Assembly (NCBI GenBank): GCA_014729495.1
Contig: WJJV01000112.1
Location: 1-48,136 of the forward strand
DNA: 48,136 nucleotides
Direction: 5' to 3'
DNA from: Candidatus Woesearchaeota archaeon
GTDB taxonomy: Archaea; Nanobdellota; Nanobdellia; Woesearchaeales; UBA12501
The translations under genes were made by a program, and so were the position numbers. Below the pieces are notes generated by a model. The model was given only the letters and a program-made list of their open reading frames with translations, was not told the DNA's origin and made no database searches. Shown here piece by piece: positions 42,361-48,136 of the stretch; the stretch's first letter is position 1, and each line of letters opens with the position of its first letter.

Positions 42361-43827
42361 TCATAAAAGATTTATAATTTTTTCTCTTAACTCAGCTATT
42401 TTTATCCTTTCCTGCTTTGTGGTATCCCTGTCTCTTATTGTTACAGAGTCATCCTCAAGAGTGTCAAAATCAATTGTGATGCAGTAGGGGATTCCTGCCT
42501 CATCAGCTCTTGCGTATCTTCTTCCCACACTGCCTGACTTGTCATACTGGCATGCAAAATCATCCTTAAGGCCATTGTATATCTTCATCGCAAGCTTTGT
42601 GACCTCTTCCTTGTTTCCCACAAGAGGGAATATGCCGAGCTTTACAGGAGCCAGCTTGGGGCTTAGCTTGAGGACTATGTTCCCTCTTTTCTTGTCATCC
42701 TCATAAGCATCAAACATGAATGCCAGCATGGCTCTTCCGATTCCCTGGCTCGGCTCAATCACACTCGGAGTCACTTTCTCTTTTGACTCCTCATCAAAGA
42801 ATGAAAGGTCTTTTTTTGAGTGCTTTGCGTGCTGTTCAAGGTCAAAGCTCTGCCTGTCTGCATTGCCGTGTATCTCTTTCCAGCCAAACGGAAAATTGTA
42901 CTCAATGTCAAAGCATGCTCTTGCATAGTGCGCAAGCTCGTCCTTGACGTGCTGTCTTATTCGCAGGTTTGCCGGATTTATTCCCATGTCAAGAAAGAAT
43001 TTATAGAACTGGCCGAGCCAGTATGCGTGCCACTGGCTGAGTATCTTTTTTGACAGGAGGTCTTTTATCTTTGCTTTCTTATGATCCTTATCATTCTCAA
43101 GCAGTATGTTTATTTCCATTGCCTCAACATCATTTATCATTGGGCAGTCATCTGTCTTCTTTGGATGGATGAAGAACTCTATCTCAAACTGTTCAAATTC
43201 CCTTACGCGAAAAAGGAAGTCCCTTGGAGATATCTCATTCCTGAAAGCCTTGCCTGTCTGGGCTATGCCGAACGGAAGCTTCATCCTTGCATTCTCCTGC
43301 ACAAGCCTGAAGTTAGTGAATATGAGCTGGGCTGTCTCTGGCCTCAGGTAAGCAGTGTTCTCTCCAACAGGCCCGACATTTGTGTCAAACATGAGATTGA
43401 ACTGGTTGGCTTTGCCCAATTCTGACTTGCAGTCAGGGCACTTTATGCTGTTCTCTTTTATGAGCTTGTCAACATCCTCTTTTGATATGCCTTCAGCATT
43501 TATATTGAGCTTGTCCTCAATCATGTGGTCTCCCCTGAACCTGTGATGGCACTTTGTGCATTCAAGCATTATGTCCTCAAAGCAGTCAACATGGCCTGAG
43601 GCCTGCCAAACCTTAGGATTTGTTATTATAGAGCCGTCTATGCCGACAACATCGCATCTTGACCTCACAAATCTCTTCCACAGCTGGTCCTCAAGATTCT
43701 TCTTGAGCTCAACACCAAGAGGGCCGTAGTCAAAGAAACCCGCAATGCCTCCGTATATCTCAGCAGAGGGATACACAAACCCCTTTTTCTTGCAGAAAAC
43801 AGCCATGTCTTCTATTGATAGTGCCAT
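42361..43827 (-). CDS. glyS: Glycyl-tRNA synthetase (alpha2, archaeal/eukaryotic type)
   Basis: FCKKKGFVYPSAEIYGG..GFFDYGPLG, class II motifs and a C-terminal anticodon-binding domain. Confidence 0.92.
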   Translation of the reverse strand: MALSIEDMAVFCKKKGFVYPSAEIYGGIAGFFDYGPLGVELKKNLEDQLWKRFVRSRCDVVGIDGSIITNPKVWQASGHVDCFEDIMLECTKCHHRFRGDHMIEDKLNINAEGISKEDVDKLIKENSIKCPDCKSELGKANQFNLMFDTNVGPVGENTAYLRPETAQLIFTNFRLVQENARMKLPFGIAQTGKAFRNEISPRDFLFRVREFEQFEIEFFIHPKKTDDCPMINDVEAMEINILLENDKDHKKAKIKDLLSKKILSQWHAYWLGQFYKFFLDMGINPANLRIRQHVKDELAHYARACFDIEYNFPFGWKEIHGNADRQSFDLEQHAKHSKKDLSFFDEESKEKVTPSVIEPSQGIGRAMLAFMFDAYEDDKKRGNIVLKLSPKLAPVKLGIFPLVGNKEEVTKLAMKIYNGLKDDFACQYDKSGSVGRRYARADEAGIPYCITIDFDTLEDDSVTIRDRDTTKQERIKIAELREKIINLL

Positions 43828-43876
43828 TGATTATTCAATCCTTTTCCTTTATTTATATAGTTTTTGGAAGTGCAGA

Positions 43877-44839
43877 TTAAAAGGGGAAATAATCATATTT
43901 GCATGTCTTTGTCACCCTAAGTATTTCAAAGTCCCTTATTATTGAGGAAAACCTTTTCCTTATGTCTGTCAGATGCCTGTACAGCTCATCCTCTGTCTCA
44001 ACCTCGAATTCTATCTCAAGATCCCATGATCCTATGAGCTTCAGCATCTGGGGAGCTTTCTTGTGGCCTGCCACATAAGCCTTTATTTTCTTCTCAGCAT
44101 TCTCGTCAAAATTCTTTGTCCTGAATATTATCTTGTAGAGTTTCACACCTATTTCCTCAAGATTGGGATAGCATCTGAAATGGTCTATTATCCTGTCTTT
44201 TGAAAGCTTCTTCAGCCTGTAGTTTATTATGTCTCTGGTTAAGCCTGTCCTTCTTGATAGCTCAACTATGGGGATTCTTGCATCAGTGGATATCTGCTTC
44301 AATATCTTCTTCTCTGCGCTGTCAGGATGATACACCTGTTCTGGAATCCCGTAAATGAATTCTTTAGGTTCTGTTTCTGTCATGTACTCCCTTGCATAGA
44401 TCGGAGAGTATTCAGTGAGAAGCACATCCTTATCAAGTATGAATCCTGAATATTCATTCATGAATCTGTTTAGTAATCTTCCAAACTCAAAGTTTGACCT
44501 TGCAAGGACTGAAACAGCTAAATCCCACCTGCCCCTGAGCTGGGCAACCCACACAATATTTCCTGATTTGTTCCAGTATTCTATTATCTTATTCTCCTCT
44601 TCAGGTGTAGCATTCTGGAACTTGAAGTAGAGCTTGTACTGGGAAAAGCCCAGCCTGGTGAAGTCAATAACAGTATAGTATTCAAATATTATATTGTTCT
44701 TTTCCAGTCTCCTTATCCTGTACTCAACAGCAGGCTTGCTCAGGCCTAGTTTTCGGGCAAGCTGTGCATTGCTTTGTCTGCAGTTCTCATCCAGCAGAGT
44801 GAGAAGTTTCCTGTCCTTGCGGTCAAGTTTGAATGGCAT
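43877..44839 (-). CDS. Tandem (double) Lrp/AsnC-family transcriptional regulator
   Basis: 320 aa with two HTH modules: RKLLTLLDENCRQSNAQLARKLGLSKPAVEYRIRRLEKNNII and KKILKQISTDARIPIVELSRRTGLTRDIINYRLKKLSKDRII. Same architecture and C-terminal Y.FPF as 22500-23468, but with host-like composition. Confidence 0.75.
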   Translation of the reverse strand: MPFKLDRKDRKLLTLLDENCRQSNAQLARKLGLSKPAVEYRIRRLEKNNIIFEYYTVIDFTRLGFSQYKLYFKFQNATPEEENKIIEYWNKSGNIVWVAQLRGRWDLAVSVLARSNFEFGRLLNRFMNEYSGFILDKDVLLTEYSPIYAREYMTETEPKEFIYGIPEQVYHPDSAEKKILKQISTDARIPIVELSRRTGLTRDIINYRLKKLSKDRIIDHFRCYPNLEEIGVKLYKIIFRTKNFDENAEKKIKAYVAGHKKAPQMLKLIGSWDLEIEFEVETEDELYRHLTDIRKRFSSIIRDFEILRVTKTCKYDYFPF

Positions 44840-44947
44840 TTTTAAGGAGAAATATGCCTTTTATTTATTAATTTTACTTAAAAATAAGAGAATAATGTAA
44901 AAAGTATTAAATATATGTAATAACTATGTAACCTCAGGGTGGTAAAG

Positions 44948-45691
44948 ATGAGTAATATGAAAAGAGTCACCTATTCAGTAAGAAGGCATGAAGAAAAAGG
45001 GCCTGACAGTCTGCTCACAGAGCAAGGCCGACAAAGAGCATCACAATTAGGAAAAAGGCTCAGATGGGAGCATCCTTCTATAGAGATGTATTCATCTCCT
45101 GCTGAGAGGGCAGTCCAGACAGGAAAATATATACTGTCAGGATATAAGTCTGACAGAGATATTCTTCCTGCACACATTCTAAGACCTCTTGATCCTCCTG
45201 AACCTGAGGGACTGACAGACAGGGATGAGATTATACAATACTGGCTGGACAATGAGTGGAAAAATCAGGATGGAAACTATGGAGATATGTATACTGCAGG
45301 CAGGAACATAATCATACATCTTGCATCTGTTATGAGCATTGAGGGAAAAGAAGACAATACCAGGATTGAGGGCATAAGCCATGCTCCGCTTGTTGAGGCA
45401 GGGCTTGTGATGCTTACAGGAGAAGGAGATGTAAGAAGATTGGGAGGCAGCTTCAGACCCGGAGAAAGCCTTGACCTGATTGTTGACTGTGATGGAGATG
45501 AGATAAAAAGCATGAAGACAGTATTCAGGGGAGCAGAACAATCAGTTGATGGAGTTATTCCCACTGTCAATGAATGCAGGAAGAGAATGCTTAGATGGCA
45601 TAATCCAGTGGAATATGTGAACAATATGTATGGCTGCCATCCAGGAGAAAGCGACAGGGAATATTTCAGCCATGTGTTTGGCATGGAATGA
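44948..45691 (+). CDS. Histidine-phosphatase (PGAM-like) superfamily protein
   Basis: VRRHEEKG...LTEQGRQRASQLGKRL...SSPAERAVQTG matches RHG...LT..G..QA...SSP..RA.QT. The ORF-track GTG at 44939 is the alternative start. Confidence 0.55.
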   Translation: MSNMKRVTYSVRRHEEKGPDSLLTEQGRQRASQLGKRLRWEHPSIEMYSSPAERAVQTGKYILSGYKSDRDILPAHILRPLDPPEPEGLTDRDEIIQYWLDNEWKNQDGNYGDMYTAGRNIIIHLASVMSIEGKEDNTRIEGISHAPLVEAGLVMLTGEGDVRRLGGSFRPGESLDLIVDCDGDEIKSMKTVFRGAEQSVDGVIPTVNECRKRMLRWHNPVEYVNNMYGCHPGESDREYFSHVFGME

Positions 45692-45753
45692 TGGGCTTCG
45701 CCAATAAGCTTTTTAAATGAAAAGAAGTTATTTGAGGTTATTGGGGGTTTGGG

Positions 45754-47235
45754 ATGGGCCTGATTGAAACATACAAAGACAAGGAATGGTATGAGGAGAT
45801 AGTTGAAGCAGCTCCTGTTTTTGCAAGCCTTGCAGCCCAGTCATTAAGGCATCTTGAACCATTAAAGAACCAATATGCTCTGCTTCTCATGTTCTTCAAA
45901 GGAAAGAAGATATGGTGGATGACACTCAAGGAAGATCAGGACAGGGTATTCCAGGAGATAGTTGAAGATTATCAGAGAGACAAGTCCTGGCTTGAAAGTC
46001 TTTTCTCAAGATGGAAAAAGAAAAGGAGGGAGTATGAAGAATACTTTAAGGATATCAGGGCTGCAGATCTGAGCAAGCTTGATGATGATGCTCTTTTAGA
46101 TCTTCATGACAGGGCATGGAATTCTGTGCTCAGCTGCAGGCAGATAGACATGATAGTTGACCCATTCACATATGGTGCAGAAAGATTCATGCTAGACAGG
46201 CTTGAAGCTTTCTGCAAAGAGAAAGGCATAGAAGATATGAACAATATATACAGCATACTGATAACACCAGAGAAGGATTCTTTCATAAGCCAGAAGGATA
46301 TAGGGATAATAAGGATTGCAAGGAAAGTCAAGGGATCTGAAGACATGAGATCTCTTCTTGAAAGGCCAGAGGAATTCTCCAGAATAGATGATGTGAAAGA
46401 TCATCTTGACAGGTACTGCTGGACAAACTGCTCGTGGGGAGGAAGCAGGGAATACACTGCACAGGATTTGATTGCAGAGATAAAGGAGCTTTTGGATAAG
46501 GACCTGGATGAGATTGAGTCCAGAAAGAAGGGGGCAACAGAAGAGAATATTAAAAGAAAGAAAGACCTTATAGAGAAGCATGGTTTCGCAAGAGACATAC
46601 TTGACATTGCAGAGCTGACTGCGTTCTTCTCATACCTGCAGGACCTGAGAAAAGAGAATGCTTTGATGTTCATCTACTATGAGAACATGTTCCTTAAAGA
46701 ATTCTCAAGAAGATTCAACATGGATATTGAGGATCTTAAACTCTTTGACATAACAGAGATTAAAGACCTTATAAAAAATAATAGAATCAAAGAAGAAGCA
46801 GAGAAAAGAAAAGGGCTTTTCCTTATAGAATACACTGAAGACCGGATCAGAGTATATACTGAAGATGCCAGGAAGTATTTTGACATGATAGTCAAGAAGG
46901 ATGTTGAGGATATAAAAGAGCTGAAAGGAAGATCTGCAAGCTCTGGAAAAGCCATAGGAATTGCAAGAGTCATATATGGGCAGGAAGAGTTCAGCAAGTT
47001 CAAAGAAGGTGATATACTTGTGACAGGCATGACAAGGCCTGAGTTCACTCCGCTGATGAAGAAGGCCAAGGCCATAGTCACGAACGATGGAGGAGTGACA
47101 TGCCATGCAGCGATATTCTCAAGGGAATTTGAGATACCATGCATAATTGGCACAAGAATCGCCACAAAAGTCTTAAAAGATGGTGATAAAGTGGAAGTCA
47201 ACGCAGATAAAGGAATTGTGAGGAGGATAGAATGA
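45754..47235 (+). CDS. Protein with a C-terminal PEP-utilising-enzyme mobile (swivel phosphohistidine) domain and an uncharacterised N-terminal domain
   Basis: GKAIGIARVI...GDILVTGMTRPEFTPLMKKAKAIVTNDGGVTCHAAIFSREFEIPCIIGT carries the TCH phospho-His motif. Confidence 0.7.
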   Translation: MGLIETYKDKEWYEEIVEAAPVFASLAAQSLRHLEPLKNQYALLLMFFKGKKIWWMTLKEDQDRVFQEIVEDYQRDKSWLESLFSRWKKKRREYEEYFKDIRAADLSKLDDDALLDLHDRAWNSVLSCRQIDMIVDPFTYGAERFMLDRLEAFCKEKGIEDMNNIYSILITPEKDSFISQKDIGIIRIARKVKGSEDMRSLLERPEEFSRIDDVKDHLDRYCWTNCSWGGSREYTAQDLIAEIKELLDKDLDEIESRKKGATEENIKRKKDLIEKHGFARDILDIAELTAFFSYLQDLRKENALMFIYYENMFLKEFSRRFNMDIEDLKLFDITEIKDLIKNNRIKEEAEKRKGLFLIEYTEDRIRVYTEDARKYFDMIVKKDVEDIKELKGRSASSGKAIGIARVIYGQEEFSKFKEGDILVTGMTRPEFTPLMKKAKAIVTNDGGVTCHAAIFSREFEIPCIIGTRIATKVLKDGDKVEVNADKGIVRRIE

Positions 47236-48136
47236 ACCTGAAGCAAGCTTTAAAGGAAAAATGGTACGGCCAGGGATTCAATGCCACGCCGATAATGATA
47301 GGAAGTGCAGCATTCTGCTGTGACATAATGGAAAGGAATCTTGGGTTCTCTTACACAAAGTATCTTTATGATTTCAGGAATGATTTCGGTGACATGAGCT
47401 ATTATTTTCCTGACCTCAAAAGGCTTGGAAAGATACTTGAGAACAAACTCAAGGAGAATCCAGAATACTTCCAGAACATCAAGAGCATATATGACAGGCA
47501 CATGGAAGAGTCAGCTGAATTCTACAATAAGATAGAGAAAACAGACCTCAGGAAAGTCTCAGAACAGGAGCTGATAGATCTGCTTAAGAAAGCCTCTGAG
47601 AGGATATCCTACTCTGTCGGAGTCTCCCATATAATAGAGCCTTTTGTGCTCACAACAGATATCAAGATAAAGAAAGAGCTTCAAAAATACGTAAAAGATA
47701 AGAGTGAGCTCAACAGGATATTCACAATACTCATGGCCCCTGTCAAGGAATCATTTGTTAACAGGTATGAGAATGCATTGAGGAACATAAAGACCAAGAA
47801 AGATATTGAGAATGTCAAGAAGGAATTCTTCTGGATAAGGAACGGCTATGCAGGAAGGCACATACTTACAGATGAGGACATCAAAGAAGAGCTTGAATCC
47901 ATAAAGAAGAAAAAGCCCATGGACCTTAAGAAGATGGCTGAAGAGAAGAATAAGATAATAGACAGGCTGAACCTTCCGGATGACCTGATCAGGAAGATAA
48001 AAGCAACAGAGTTCCTAACTTACTGGCAGGATGAGAGAAAGATGCACATCATAATGGCAGTTGATTATGCTGACAGGATACTTGAGGAGCTGGCAGAAAG
48101 GATCGGCTTTGACATCAAATATCTCAGGCAGATGCT
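47232..48136 (+). CDS. Paralog of the N-terminal domain of 45754-47235 (partial; runs off the window end)
   Basis: Absent from the ORF track because there is no stop. I translated it manually from the ATG at 47232 and the frame stays open to 48136 (MNLKQALKEKWYGQGFNATPIMIGSAAF...FFWIRNGYAGRH...). There is an ATGA start/stop overlap with the upstream gene. Confidence 0.6.
   Translation, partial: MNLKQALKEKWYGQGFNATPIMIGSAAFCCDIMERNLGFSYTKYLYDFRNDFGDMSYYFPDLKRLGKILENKLKENPEYFQNIKSIYDRHMEESAEFYNKIEKTDLRKVSEQELIDLLKKASERISYSVGVSHIIEPFVLTTDIKIKKELQKYVKDKSELNRIFTILMAPVKESFVNRYENALRNIKTKKDIENVKKEFFWIRNGYAGRHILTDEDIKEELESIKKKKPMDLKKMAEEKNKIIDRLNLPDDLIRKIKATEFLTYWQDERKMHIIMAVDYADRILEELAERIGFDIKYLRQM

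Noticed and set aside
47250-47501. The 83-aa minus-strand ORF at the window end
   Set aside because: The plus strand carries an uninterrupted frame from the ATG at 47232 to the window end. That frame is paralogous to the upstream gene, so the minus ORF is its shadow.

Overview
The window reads as a gene-dense chromosomal fragment from a small-genome archaeon; DPANN-like is a guess, not a computed result. Evidence for an archaeon: an intron-containing tRNA-Phe, TATA-like boxes about 25 nt upstream of many starts, GGTGA-type ribosome-binding sites, a FlaI/FlaJ-type ATPase plus platform pair, KaiC-like ATPases, an Ogg2-type glycosylase, and S-layer-like surface proteins rich in N-x-S/T.

Housekeeping genes: gatC, a bacterial-type aspS, glyS and an OB-fold SSB-like gene.

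Accessory blocks:
1. 0.6-8.5 kb: two giant secreted proteins (a beta-helix protein and an S8 subtilisin) separated by a small basic protein. That small gene is bracketed by four GTTAA-N4-TTAAC palindromes.
2. 8.5-17.7 kb: an AbrB-like / S-layer-like / KaiC-like operon. It is followed by a B12-radical-SAM gene overlapping a LuxI/FeeM-like GNAT N-acyl synthase. These converge on a HAMP-PAS sensor / KaiC-like / V4R operon. My best protein-level candidate for an undescribed system is an acyl-signal synthesis-plus-sensing locus here.
3. 26.3-28.9 kb: a Fur-box-controlled oxidative-stress operon (Fur/PerR, rubrerythrin, EncFtn-like, desulfoferrodoxin, rubredoxin-like, FTR catalytic subunit).
4. 31.5-40.8 kb: three tandem membrane paralogs, coiled-coil proteins, an RHH protein and a type IV pilus-like ATPase plus platform.

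The most unusual signals are non-coding:
- a structured region of about 480 nt next to aspS (21961-22436);
- an AT-rich two-gene cassette bounded by perfect 17-bp inverted repeats (22482/24429);
- a 790-bp gene-free convergent gap packed with tandem and covarying hairpins (33316-34104);
- five covarying hairpins with a conserved CCAGAC-GA...GA-GUCGG core directly downstream of tRNA-Phe (40911-41185).

No cas genes, transposase, integrase or reverse transcriptase were recognised. All family calls come from motif recognition by eye, not from searches.
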